From Lentisphaeria bacterium (GTDB lineage Bacteria > Verrucomicrobiota > Lentisphaeria > JABSQK01 > JAWLHB01), in the NCBI GenBank assembly GCA_041690595.1, contig JAWLHB010000016.1, forward strand, positions 62,001 to 126,000: 64,000 nucleotides of DNA, read 5' to 3'. Positions 52,216-63,000 of the stretch are shown here, piece after piece. Positions within the stretch are counted from its first letter, which is position 1. Every line of letters begins with the position of its first letter. Below the pieces are notes generated by a model. The model saw only the letters and a list, made by a program, of their open reading frames with translations. It did no database searches and was not told the origin of the DNA. Made by a program: the position numbers and the translations under genes.

Positions 52216-53292
52216 ATGGCGACCGCGACGCAATCCAAATGGCAGGAAGTTCTCGACCAGGTGATGGACGAACTGAGAACCGAGAACTTCGTTCCGGGCG
52301 GCAGCTTCTACACCCTCGATGACCTCTGCCGGCGCTACAACGTCAGCAACATCACCGGCCGGCGCGTCTTTCAGGAACTCAAGGATCGCGGCAGCATCGT
52401 CACCCGTGGGCGCCGTGGCACCTTCGTTACCCACGCCACCACCCGGCAAACCATCTACATGTGCGTGCGCGACGAATGCTTCAACGCACCCGAACTGCTC
52501 AACAACTTCCGCTTCCTGCACGCCTTCAGCCTCGGCTTCATGAGCAGCGATGTCGCCCGCCTCTTCCAGCTTGAGCCCATCTCCATCGACTTCATGCTCC
52601 AGCACCTCGATGCCTTTGCCGACAAGCCCCTCATCGTCAGCGCCGATGTCCTCCTGCAGGTCAACGGCCAGGAAGTACGCATCGACAAAGCCCGCCTCGC
52701 TCTGCTCCGCCACCTCGACCCCATCTTCTTCCACGCCTTCCCCGGACTCGAAGGCGTCATCCAGGTGGGTACCGACCTCCATTCCGCCCTCTATCAGCCC
52801 ATGCAGCACCTCCTCGGGAAAGGCCACCGCCGCATCGGCCTGCTCATCGGACAGACCAGCAGCCCCTGGTTCCAGCCGCGCCTTCAGGCCTACCTCGACG
52901 CCCTTCACCATGCAGGACTCCCCTTCGCCCCCGAACTCGTGCGGGTCACAACCGGCACCGACCTCCAGGAAGACCACGCCGCCGCCGAGGCCATGATGAC
53001 CCTTCCCGAGCCCCCCACCGCCATCGCCTGCGCCAACGACACACGCGCCCTCCACCTCCTCGACTATTGCGCCCTCCACGCCATTCACATACCCCACGAC
53101 CTCGCCGTCACCGGCGCCGACAACATCCCCGAAGCCCAAGTCTGCTCGCCCGCGCTTACGACCTGCGACAGTCGCAACGCCGACAAGGGGGCCAGAGTTG
53201 CCGAGATCCTCATGCGACGTCTGCAGGGAGAAACCATCCCGACCGAACCCGATCTGCTGCAACCACGATTCATTGTCCGACAATCCACCTGA
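52216..53292 (+). CDS. GntR-wHTH / LacI-type hybrid regulator
   Basis: DLCRRYNVSNITGRRVFQEL...G......RRGTFV; KGHRRIGL, PPTAIACAND, IP.DLAVTG.DN, PALTT. The true start is ATG 52216. Confidence 0.88.
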   Translation: MATATQSKWQEVLDQVMDELRTENFVPGGSFYTLDDLCRRYNVSNITGRRVFQELKDRGSIVTRGRRGTFVTHATTRQTIYMCVRDECFNAPELLNNFRFLHAFSLGFMSSDVARLFQLEPISIDFMLQHLDAFADKPLIVSADVLLQVNGQEVRIDKARLALLRHLDPIFFHAFPGLEGVIQVGTDLHSALYQPMQHLLGKGHRRIGLLIGQTSSPWFQPRLQAYLDALHHAGLPFAPELVRVTTGTDLQEDHAAAEAMMTLPEPPTAIACANDTRALHLLDYCALHAIHIPHDLAVTGADNIPEAQVCSPALTTCDSRNADKGARVAEILMRRLQGETIPTEPDLLQPRFIVRQST

Positions 53293-53307
53293 AACGGAGA
53301 TTCATAC

Positions 53308-54057
53308 ATGCGCATCATGACCAGGAGAATCCGGCCCTTCACCCTCATTGAGCTTCTTGTCGTCGTGGCTATAATCGCCATTTTGGCGTCGATGTTGCTT
53401 CCCGCCCTCGCCAAAGCTCGCGCGCGCGCCAAAGTCGCCACCTGTGCCAACCATCTGAAACAATTCACCATGACCATGCTCATGTATGGCGAAGAAAACG
53501 ACGGCTGGGGCATGCAGGCCCACTGGGGTGGTGGCCAGGCCATCGTCATGAGTAACACCGTCATCAACGCCTGGTTCCCCGACACCAAGCTCCTCGTCTG
53601 CCCCGATACCCACGGCAAGGCCCTCGGCAGCACCTCCTACTTCCCCGGCCGTGTTACCTCCGTGCGCACCTACATGAGCTACCTCCTCAACTACGGCACC
53701 AGCAACCACAGCGACGCATTCGACCTCTACGGCTGGCACCACTACAACACCAGCACCGCCACCAATCAGTACATCTCCCCCGTACCCAACCTCCGGATGA
53801 TCGGCAATTCCGCCGTCCCCGACATCGTCACCGGCAAGCTCTACTTCGTCGCCGAAGCCTCCGATCAAGCCATGGCCCTCGATCTCTGGAACCCCACCGG
53901 CTTCTGGATGGGCTATGGTCTCTCCGGAATCCCCAACAATCACCTCTCCCTCGGCAACGGCCTCAATGTCGCCTACATGGATGGTCACGTCGACTGGCGA
54001 AGTATCGGTGAAACCCAACCCCGCTACCGCGCCTCAGGCAACGACTACAACTACTGA
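53308..54057 (+). CDS. Prepilin-type protein (DUF1559-like) with H-X12-DG variant of the H-X9-DG motif
   Basis: [31 protein letters not shown]....[27 protein letters not shown]. Confidence 0.9.
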   Translation: MRIMTRRIRPFTLIELLVVVAIIAILASMLLPALAKARARAKVATCANHLKQFTMTMLMYGEENDGWGMQAHWGGGQAIVMSNTVINAWFPDTKLLVCPDTHGKALGSTSYFPGRVTSVRTYMSYLLNYGTSNHSDAFDLYGWHHYNTSTATNQYISPVPNLRMIGNSAVPDIVTGKLYFVAEASDQAMALDLWNPTGFWMGYGLSGIPNNHLSLGNGLNVAYMDGHVDWRSIGETQPRYRASGNDYNY

Positions 54058-54209
54058 TCTCCTCCCGCACCACCCCGAGCTGCCGATCAACGCCTCGGCT
54101 ATGCTCCCGCCATTGCCGGAACGCCATTCTTCTCATCCTTCTCATTCTTCCCATCCGCCCCCGCCCAGGTAGCCCAGAGCTTCTGTGGCAGCCGAGCCCC
54201 GCCCCTGTG

Positions 54210-54317
54210 AATCCCAACGGGATTCCGTCCCGTAGCCCAGGGTTGGGCCCTCCAAAGGAGGGAACTACCCTGGTATCGCGACACCCCAGCGCCCCCCTAC
54301 CCTGAAAGGGTTGCGTC
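54210..54317 (-). repeat. REP-like palindromic element, same family as 19168-19262, inverted
   Basis: aatcc-caac-gggatt, tagcccagggttg...ctaccctgg, accctgaaagggttgcgtc. Confidence 0.75.
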
Positions 54318-54375
54318 ATGTCCGGTACGCCATTTCGAAGCTGCCGGTTACCACGAAGCGGCACCCGGGCGGGCA

Positions 54376-54943
54376 TCAGAAGTTAAAGCCCTTTGTGATG
54401 CCGCTTGGCTCGTAAGACTCGCCCGGCTCCAGCTCTCTGACCTGTCTCCCGCTCACAAATATGAATGCTTCGACAGATCGGGGTTCGGGCTTCCAGTAAG
54501 CATACTGCCCGTTGTTGAAGGCAATTATCAGCGTGGGCCAGAGCTTTCCCTCGTAAGCCAGCCTGACGTCGTAGTACAACGACGAATGTGGTCCCCCCCC
54601 CAAAATCTTTGTCCCCAAAACCTGGCTTACCAAAAAACGCTCTGACCTTCTCTTCGGACCATTTCTCGTCATGAATCACCTGCATGTCTTCCGCCGTCAG
54701 CACGACATCCGTCAGATCCCGCGGCGGCGGCCTGTAAGGCTCCGGCGTAGCTTCCCGGATGATGTCAATCGGGGATGCCTGCGCAGTGGATGGTGCTTTG
54801 CTATCTTGATCAGGCTCTCCGCCGCCGGTCGGCAGCGCTCTCATGACAGGCGGAGCACTGGAATTCTTCGTCTCACCTTGCCGGGAGCAACCGTTAACGC
54901 CGACAGCCAGGATCAGAACGAAAATAGGGATAGAGCGAAGCAT
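54376..54943 (-). pseudogene. Lipoprotein gene apparently frameshifted at a G9 tract
   Basis: Lipobox-like LAVGVNGC, low-complexity linker and WSEEKVRAFFGKP (SmpA/BamE-like). The plausible C-terminal half (PHSSLYYD...KGFNF) is in a different frame, and the switch falls in C9 at 54593-54601. Confidence 0.6.
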
Positions 54944-55128
54944 CCTCGATCTCCTGTGGGTCTACCTGAGACTAAAAAAACCGGCTTCCATTTCTACTCC
55001 ACCTGATCAAGTGCAGTCACGGCATCCACGAGGCTACCTCCTGCACGGTACCTTGCGAATCATGACAAATCTTACCCCAACAGCAACAAAGTACAAGCCA
55101 GCGTATGCACGTGCATATGGGCGGCGTC

Positions 55129-55351
55129 TGGGGTCACACCTACAGTATCAACTTTAAATACGGGCAGCCGTGGGCGGGGTCGTCTGGGGTGTACAACTTA
55201 ATACACGGGCAGCCGTAAACAGCCGGGGCATCTGGGGTCACACCTACAGTATCGACTGTTAACAGCCATGGGGTCAAACCTACAGTATCAACTGTGAATA
55301 CGTGGGGCAGCCATGAGGAAGTCGTCGGGGGTCAAACCTGGGGTATCAACT
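55129..55351 (+). repeat. Cluster of 25-bp direct repeats (REP-like)
   Basis: (t/g)ggggtca(c/a)acctacagtatc(a/g)act at 55129, 55233 and 55269, a variant at 55327 and a deleted copy at 55185. Confidence 0.85.
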
Positions 55352-55359
55352 TAAACGCG

Positions 55360-55491
55360 TCATCGGGCACCCCGCCCCGCGACCGGCATCCGGCGCATTT
55401 CCCCACGCAATGTCCGCACCGCCCTGAGTTGCACTTCAAGCATGGTTTCGAACGCATCAAGCACCTCGTCTTTCGTAACAGGATCACGCAT
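55360..55491 (-). pseudogene. Short, probably truncated gene running into the repeat cluster
   Basis: GGGAG RBS then MRDPVTKDEVLDAFETMLEVQLRAVRTLRGE, an amphipathic helix with protein-like composition that stops at the edge of the repeats. Confidence 0.35.
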
Positions 55492-55648
55492 GCGGCAACT
55501 CCCATACTTGTACTGGGAGATGACAATCTTCGCGTACCGCGGCTCCACCGACTTATGCAAAACCCCACGCATGGAGCAAGCAAATGGGATCTCTCTTCGG
55601 GAGGAACATCATAGATGGATCGCGTGGCCGAATTCCGCTTGACTGGGA

Positions 55649-55676
55649 TTGACATGCGGCAGGCTTGCTGTAGCGT
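55649..55676 (+). promoter_or_regulatory. Putative sigma70 promoter upstream of the third H-X9-DG pilin-like gene
   Basis: TTGACA-N16-TAGCGT. Confidence 0.35.
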
Positions 55677-55870
55677 AACGAATAGGAATGCGATACTGTA
55701 ACGCCTGCCAGGAGCACGGTCTCCCGATCGCCCGGTGGCACCCCCTGTGCGAGCGTCGTCCTGCCAATGCCGGATCTGAACGAACGCCGACTTGCGAATC
55801 CAGCCGCCGTCCCACTTTCCCTGATGTTCGAAGCCAGCATACAGATACCCGAAACCGCCAGGAGACTCCC

Positions 55871-56536
55871 ATGAAAAAAACCCCCACCCGCACTACCTTC
55901 ACGCTCATCGAATTGCTTGTCGTAGTAGCTATTATAGCCATCCTGGCCTCCATGTTGCTCCCCGCGCTGAGCAAGGCGCGTGGTCGCGTCAAGCTGACTT
56001 CCTGCATGAACACCGCACGTCAACTCAGCACCAGCATCCTCTTTTACATGGACGGGAACGACGGCATGTACCCGAGGATGTACGACGGAGCCTACTTCTG
56101 GACCCAACGGCTGGTGGTAAACGGAGACGTGGGCGGCAAACTCAATGTCCCGGTGGCGAACAGTATTCCCAAGGCGTTCAGTTGCCCGGAACGAAATGTA
56201 CTGCCACTGCGCGACCATCCCTCCTACGGGCTGAGCCTCACAATATCTCAGTGGGGCGGGGCCTTCACCTCACTGCGTGAGAATCAGGTGCGGTCACCGG
56301 ACCGGACCTTTGTCCTCGTGGAAAGCTTGCGCCGGGGTGAGTATCCGGCCAAGGATTGGGGGATTTTCATGATGCACGCCTGGAATGATCTGGCGGATGC
56401 GAGTGTTCAGTTCTACTGGGTCGGCCACGTCAATCAGACTACCAACACCTTTGCGGACGGGCATGTGGAAAGCTGGTCCAGCGTCGATATGATGTCTGTC
56501 GCCCGCAAAACCACCTTGCCTTGGGGGCTGCAATGA
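55871..56536 (+). CDS. Prepilin-type H-X9-DG protein (DUF1559-like)
   Basis: [61 protein letters not shown]. Confidence 0.9.
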   Translation: MKKTPTRTTFTLIELLVVVAIIAILASMLLPALSKARGRVKLTSCMNTARQLSTSILFYMDGNDGMYPRMYDGAYFWTQRLVVNGDVGGKLNVPVANSIPKAFSCPERNVLPLRDHPSYGLSLTISQWGGAFTSLRENQVRSPDRTFVLVESLRRGEYPAKDWGIFMMHAWNDLADASVQFYWVGHVNQTTNTFADGHVESWSSVDMMSVARKTTLPWGLQ

Positions 56537-59500
56537 CAACAAGATCGCTGATGGCGAGCGCCCTGGTGCTCCTGTCTCTCCACGCCTTATCCCCCGAAGC
56601 CTTGGCTGATGAGGCAAACTGGCCGGAATTACTCCAGAGAATGCAGCCCGGTTCCGGGGATGTTACCATTCCAGCCACCCTCTATACGCCAGCGGTGCGA
56701 GCAGCGGAAAAGGAGCGCCTGCGGCGCGATCCTGTACGCTGGAAGGCACTCGAGGAACGCGCGGACCGCTATGCATCCATTCCGCTGGAGCAGTGGCAGG
56801 AGCTGATCCCGGATCGCTCGGCCGCGCCGCTGAACGATGAAGGTGTTTTGGGTACCTCCCAGTACAAGACTGATAAGTCCTGCATCATCTGTGGCGCGGT
56901 GCCCGGCAACCAATACGAGGGCTGGGACCTCCTGCATTCACCTTTCGCGCTGAAGACGAGCTGCTGCAGGATTACGATCCACGAGCGGCCCGCGGATCGC
57001 ACCGCGGCTGATGCGCCTATCGTCGGCCACGTGGAAATCCCTCACTATGACGGCCAGCCGAGAATGCTTGACGCAGCCGAGAGCACCTTTTACACTCAGG
57101 AAGGACAGGCCGTGCGCTGGTACCCCGCCAACGTTGTCTGGGCGCATCGCCTCGCCAGGATTCTGGGCAATTGGCGCGAGGGCGTAGTACCGGACCTGCG
57201 TGACGCGTATCTGGCCACGGGCGACTTACGGTACGCAACGAGTCTGGCGGCCGTACTCAGCCGGCTGGCGGCAGTCTTCCCGGCTTGGCCCGTCAGCTAT
57301 CACAACGGCGTGGCGCCACTGGATCATCGGGCGCTTGTGTCCGCCGCCGCGCTTCATGAACCACTGGGCAGCCACACCTGGTTAGGCCCGAGCCGCCTCG
57401 TGGCCGCCAGTGCCAACTTCCGTCCGCCCATGGAAGGCTATGTGACCTATCTGTTGATCAGTGGCTACATGGCGATCGCGGATGCACCCGTATGGGGAGA
57501 TGGCGATACCGCTCGGCAGGCCGTGCGCACCGGGCTCTTTGACGAACTCAAACTGGTGATCGACGCCTATGGCGCCAACCAGACAATGGGCAACGGCATC
57601 GGCATGTACGCGCCCGGGCTCCTGGCCACGGGTATCCTCTATCGGGACCACTACCTGTACGACGGTGTCCTGTCGATCATGGAGGAGTTCCTTTATAATG
57701 AGACCTACTACGACGGCATCAGCACGGAAGGATCCACCAACTACGCGGGCATGGTCGGCGGTATGGTCGGGTTGTTCGATACGGCCGGCCTGACGAGTAC
57801 GCCTGGCTATCTGGAGGTGCATCCCCTCCTCGCCAGAATGGGCACCACCCAGAGTCGCCTGACAACCCTTCGTGGCTTGATGTCGGCTCATGGCGATGGG
57901 CCCAATCATCTCTTTGGCATGAGTGAAACCATGGTCAACGCAGACGCTGGCAGTGATATCATGGGCGGCTTCGGTATCAGCGTCCTTCGTGCCGGTCCGC
58001 TCGAACATCGCACCGAGCTGATCTTCCAGCATGATCGCTCCGTGGGGCATGCCCACGACAATCAGCTGGGCATCCAGCTCTTCTACCGCGGGTTGCCGCT
58101 CCTGCAGTATTTGGGAGACAGCCGGCTGGGGAGATTTATCGATCTGCGCGATGACAAGAATCCCTTTGCCGCCCGGCTGAAAGCCCTGCCCTATCCGGCG
58201 CCGATGATCGAGTCTGACATGGAGCGAAAGAGCTTCTCCATGGCGTTGCCCACTAGCCCCTACACCAAGAATACGCTGGTCATTGATGACTACAGCCATC
58301 AGGCAGTCGGGCGTGCTCCCTGGCGAGGCGGCTTCGGTACCCCGGGCTTCCCCACCGCCGACCTGATCACCGCCATCACCGGAGACGACCTCCAGTTTAT
58401 CGAAGCCGAAGGACGCAACCTGATGCGGTACCAGGTACAAGGCATGCAGCTCCTCCGCCGCGGCCTCATCCTGGTGACGCGTCCCGATGGCCGCTCCTAC
58501 ATCGTGGACATCATTCGCGCCGCCGGCGGCAACCGCCACCTCATGCTCTACATGTCGCGCGGCACGGAACTAGACAGCACCCTGCGCCCCAACGGCACTA
58601 CTTACGAGACCCAGCAGGCATGGCTGGACGCTACGGCGCCCGAACGTTTGGAGTGGATGCCCAAAGTAGTCGACGCGGTAGGCGACCTGATACTGCTGCA
58701 CAACCTGCGAATGGTCCAGAATCCGGGGCCGCGTTGGCATCACACCTGGCAGCTCAAGATGGCCGACTGGGCGCCCAGATTCGCCTCCGCCGAAGAGCGC
58801 GCCTGGATGGATGCCATCCCGCCTGGCTATCTGCGTGTCCACGGGGTGCTCGCGCCGCAAGCCCGCTACAGCGACATCTGGCGCGCTTCGGCCCACTACC
58901 CCGCATCCATCGACGAAACCTTTGGCGATGGTGAGAACGACCGGCAGCGCGGCATGGTCGAGTTCCAGGATGCCCTCCACTTCATCGGCATGCTGCAACA
59001 GAGTGCGCAGCGCCTGGCCGCCACCCATGTCCATGTTCTGGAGCCATGGGCGGAGGACGAAGGTCCGATCATCGATACGATCACCTGGCTGGCCGCCGAC
59101 ACCGAGGTTCCGGGTCACGTTGGTCTGCGTCTCACCTTTACCGACGGCAGCCAGGACAGCATCCTCTACACGCCGCCCGCCACCACCTCCATCTCCTATC
59201 CCGATGTGCCCAAGGCCAATGCGCGGATCAGGCTCCTCCGCCAGATGGCCGGCGCGCCAGCCACCGAAAGGCGCATCCCCCATCCCCTTCGCGGCAGCCT
59301 TGTCGAGTTGCGGGGCGACATCACCGGAGATCGCAGCCGCAGCCTGCTGATCGTCCAGCCCCAAGGCGACTGGCCGGCGCTCGAGGCACTGAAAGGCCTC
59401 GCCATTTCCGTCGGTTTCAACCGCAATCAACGCCTGGAGACCTACACCATCGCTGAGGTGACGCCAGGTGCCGATGGGCAACTTCAGATCGAGCTGGCCG

Positions 59501-59865
59501 GAGCCCCGCCCTTTATCGACCATTTCGGCAAGGTATTGGTCATCGGCCCCGACGGCAACGAAGCGCGTGGTCCGCAAACGGGCTACAGCTTCATCGGCGT
59601 CAGCACCGCCAAGGGCGGCGGCTTCCACACAACCTACCATCACGGCAGTCGCCTGATCTTTCCGGCGCAGGGCGTCGCCTTCACAGTAAAGGGCGGGGAA
59701 GAGCGTGTCCAGCAAGGCGCCCGCTACGACCTGGCGGAAGAAGTGGAGTTGCAGGCCCTCGGCATCCAGGCCGGCACTCCCTTCATCCTCGCTCCCGACT
59801 GGCGCGGCGGCGAGATACGTGTGCACCTGAAAGGGGCAGACCCACAGAATCAGAATGAACCTTAA
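56533..59865 (+). CDS. Large secreted heparinase II/III-like polysaccharide lyase candidate
   Basis: Signal peptide (..PEALA); alpha-toroid-like [14 protein letters not shown]...EGS.NY; beta domain [46 protein letters not shown] overlap with the pilin-like gene. Confidence 0.68.
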   Translation: MTTRSLMASALVLLSLHALSPEALADEANWPELLQRMQPGSGDVTIPATLYTPAVRAAEKERLRRDPVRWKALEERADRYASIPLEQWQELIPDRSAAPLNDEGVLGTSQYKTDKSCIICGAVPGNQYEGWDLLHSPFALKTSCCRITIHERPADRTAADAPIVGHVEIPHYDGQPRMLDAAESTFYTQEGQAVRWYPANVVWAHRLARILGNWREGVVPDLRDAYLATGDLRYATSLAAVLSRLAAVFPAWPVSYHNGVAPLDHRALVSAAALHEPLGSHTWLGPSRLVAASANFRPPMEGYVTYLLISGYMAIADAPVWGDGDTARQAVRTGLFDELKLVIDAYGANQTMGNGIGMYAPGLLATGILYRDHYLYDGVLSIMEEFLYNETYYDGISTEGSTNYAGMVGGMVGLFDTAGLTSTPGYLEVHPLLARMGTTQSRLTTLRGLMSAHGDGPNHLFGMSETMVNADAGSDIMGGFGISVLRAGPLEHRTELIFQHDRSVGHAHDNQLGIQLFYRGLPLLQYLGDSRLGRFIDLRDDKNPFAARLKALPYPAPMIESDMERKSFSMALPTSPYTKNTLVIDDYSHQAVGRAPWRGGFGTPGFPTADLITAITGDDLQFIEAEGRNLMRYQVQGMQLLRRGLILVTRPDGRSYIVDIIRAAGGNRHLMLYMSRGTELDSTLRPNGTTYETQQAWLDATAPERLEWMPKVVDAVGDLILLHNLRMVQNPGPRWHHTWQLKMADWAPRFASAEERAWMDAIPPGYLRVHGVLAPQARYSDIWRASAHYPASIDETFGDGENDRQRGMVEFQDALHFIGMLQQSAQRLAATHVHVLEPWAEDEGPIIDTITWLAADTEVPGHVGLRLTFTDGSQDSILYTPPATTSISYPDVPKANARIRLLRQMAGAPATERRIPHPLRGSLVELRGDITGDRSRSLLIVQPQGDWPALEALKGLAISVGFNRNQRLETYTIAEVTPGADGQLQIELAGAPPFIDHFGKVLVIGPDGNEARGPQTGYSFIGVSTAKGGGFHTTYHHGSRLIFPAQGVAFTVKGGEERVQQGARYDLAEEVELQALGIQAGTPFILAPDWRGGEIRVHLKGADPQNQNEP

Positions 59866-60012
59866 GCCACCTGGCCCCACCCAAGCTCCGCTTCGTCAAT
59901 TGCGGAAACGCCCTCCTTCCCATTCTTCCCATTCTTCCCCGCCACTATCCCCCGCGGAAGCGCCGCACAAGGCTGCGTCATCCCCTCGCCAACCGCGCCT
60001 CCGGCCGTCCCT

Positions 60013-63000
60013 TCACTGGGGGGGCGGGTCGGTCAGCTTGGTCAGCGTTTCGCTGATCATCTCATGCAGGGGGCCGTCGGCTACGTCCAGCATTGGCCGC
60101 AACTGAGCGATCACCAGTTGGCGCGCGGCGAGGAACTGGGGCAGGCGATCGGCCGGCTGACCGATGGCCCGCATCGATTCCACGTGCTCGCGCTGACGCT
60201 CCGGCAGGACGCCCAGCAACCCGAGCACCACCCGCTGCTGACCGGCGTTGCCAGCGCGACGCAGAAGCTGCACCAGCTCCGCGGCGTCAGCCTCGGGATG
60301 ACGGAAGAAGACCAGTTTCCAGATGGCCGGCCCCTGGCGAAAACCAAAAGCCACATCCACCTGCTTCTTGAGGCCGTCGTCCCGGTTGGCGAGAACCTCC
60401 GCCGCGCTGGCGAGCGCCTTCTCGCGACGCTGCTCCAGCCGCGTGCCGTCGCTCGTCGGCGCCCGCAACTGAATGTCGTCCAGCCACAGGGCGCCGATCA
60501 TCGTCTCCGGCCGGCCGACGGCAGCGATCTCGAAGGCACTTCCGCCAGCCGCCAACGGATGGTCGACTTCCAGCATGACTTCGTCATCCAGATGGAGGCT
60601 GTAGCTTTCGCCACGGGTCTGGATGCGGATCGCGTGAAACGCCGTGTCCACGGTGCCCCCGGTTCCTTCCTTGAGCAATCGCGCCTTTCCATCCTCATCG
60701 GCAAAGAGGCGCCAGCGCCACCCCGCTGGCGCGTTGGCAAAGAGCTGCACACGCAGACGGCTCTGCGCGTGGCTGTGGGTCAGCCCGTGTTTGCTCCAGT
60801 TGACCCCCTCGGCCGGAAAGCGCACCGTCATCACCTCGGCATTGGCCGCGGGCATGCTCTCGATACGAAAGCGAAAGCTCAGCTCGGCATCGGCATAATC
60901 GGGCAAGTCCAGCCACTCGAAGAGGCGCGGCGGCCCCTGCCAGCTGGTCACGTTTGGCCCCAGCCTCAGCGCTCCATCGATTGGTTCGCCGAATCCGGGC
61001 AGGTAGTCCCAGCCGGCATGGGTCCCCCCGTCGAAATTATCCGCGAAAAGCAGCTCCGCCTCCCGCGCGCCTTCCCGCAACAGATAGATCCCCGTCTCGA
61101 ATGGAAACGCCAGCTCGACCGTCAACCGACCATTCTCCAGCGTCAGGGGCCGATTCCGCAACATGTCAACGCCATGCGCTCCCGGAGCAAAGCCAAGGAG
61201 AGGCTCCACGAAATCGACCGTTGCCGTGACCGCTTCGCTGCTCCACGACTGCAGCACCAGGAAGAGGGCCCCATCGGTCGCCCGGCTCACCAGCAACCCT
61301 TTCACCTCATCGTTGTCGACGCGGAAGGCCGCCTTGTCGTCCCAGTACCGCCAGACCTTCACCCGGTCTGTGCCGTAGCCGAAGGAGTAGAGCGCCCGAT
61401 CCAGAATCGCCAGCGGCATCTGGTAATGGCGCGGGCCGCCGCGGATGATCTCGTGCACCGCCCGCATCCCCCATTCCCGGTGGCCAAGCTCGATCTGCCC
61501 CGGCCGCATGCCCAGCGCCTCTTCCGGCAGGTTGCTCTGGCCGATGAAGAGGTTGTGCACGATGTAAGGATACGCCCCTACCTGCAGCCCCGTCGACTCC
61601 GCCAGCAGGAACTCCGGCCGGTACGGTTCGCCCGCCTGGTAGCTCTCTGGGAAGGCGTTGGCGTAGACGCTCTGGCTCATCTCGATGTCATAGTTGCAGG
61701 TGCTCCAACTGAAGAGAGGGAGCAGGTTGGCGTTGGTCATGTGCGAGACGAACTCCAGCGGCCGCGGCACGCCGCGCCGACGCCACGTGTTCATCAGCTT
61801 CCAGGTGCGCTCCATGTACTGGCGCTGATTCCACATGGTTGTCGCCGGCTGAATGCGCCCGTCCGCCGTCATGTAGGCCCCGCTTGTCCAGGGATTCGTC
61901 GACACCTTCAGGTAGGTGTTGTCCCAGTACATCGAGACGCCGCGCTTCATCCATTCGTCCATCAGGGCCAGCGCATAGTCCTGGTAGCTGCGGCTGTAAT
62001 TAGTAGGCGCATTCGGGTTGATCTCACGTCCCCCACTCTTTCGGTAAATGTCCACGCTGCCGTACTGCTTCTCCGGCAGCCGCACCCGGCTCCATTCGTC
62101 CTGAAAGACGTGGTATTCCGGGATGAAGGGAAGCACCGCCATCTCCTCGAAGTAGACGGGATCGGGATTCGTCAGTGGCTTCGTCTGCGAGGCAAAGCGC
62201 ACCACGTCCTCCACCCAATCCTTGACCCCGTGAATCTTCGGCACGTCGTGTTCCTCCTGGAAGCGCTCGAACCAGGCTCGGTCTACCCGCCCCTCGTTCC
62301 GCCCCTCGATCACCTTGTCGACCACCTCCCAGTTGTCCATCCACGGCGACTTCCAGGAGCACGAGAGTCCGCCCCAGGGATGAACCGGCAGCCCCACGCC
62401 CCCCAGCGTCAGCGCCTTCGTCCGGTAGTCCTCCGGCGTCGGCTTCGTCGGCGAAGCCTGCAGGCCGAATACCAGCTCCGACGCCTCGCGAACGACCCCC
62501 GGCACATTGATCAGGTCCACCCGCAGCGTCACCCGCCCCTCCGACCGCACGATACGCATGATCGGCTGCTCGAAATCCTTGGCCGTGATCCACCCCCTGT
62601 CGTTCTCGGCAAACCAGGCGATACCCCGCTCCGGCCCGCCCATCCAGATGTAGCCGGTGAAGGCATTCAACCAGCTCGGTTGGCGATAGGTCTGCCGGCT
62701 GGTCCAGATCTCGCCATCGCCACTGGGCATGGCCCCCGCGTACGATCGCCGGATGCTGTCCAGCACCTCATGCAGAAGCGTCGCCTCCGCCTCGCGCATG
62801 GGAATCTCTATCGAGAGCCGCTGGAGAGCCACCGCCTCGCCGACCGGCTCCAGCCGCATGCTCACCCGCATCATGCCATCCGGCTCCATGGTCGATGTCG
62901 TCTCGACACTCAGCGCGGCGCAGCGCGAGCGTGCCCGATAGACCGCTTCATGCGCCGCACTCGTCACCAGCTCGACATCCCCCTCCCACTCCAGCTCGCC

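Noticed and set aside
54318..54375. Integron attC site after the lipoprotein gene
   Set aside because: There is no RYYYAAC...GTTRRRY core pair and no integrase.
55129..55351. CRISPR array
   Set aside because: The gaps are irregular (11-33 bp) and similar to each other, with no cas genes in the window. Kept as a repeat cluster.
55677..55870. Cobalamin riboswitch (actgtaa, gccaggagac-like words)
   Set aside because: The elements are not in canonical order or spacing, and AGGAGA is explained as the RBS. An Infernal search would be decisive.
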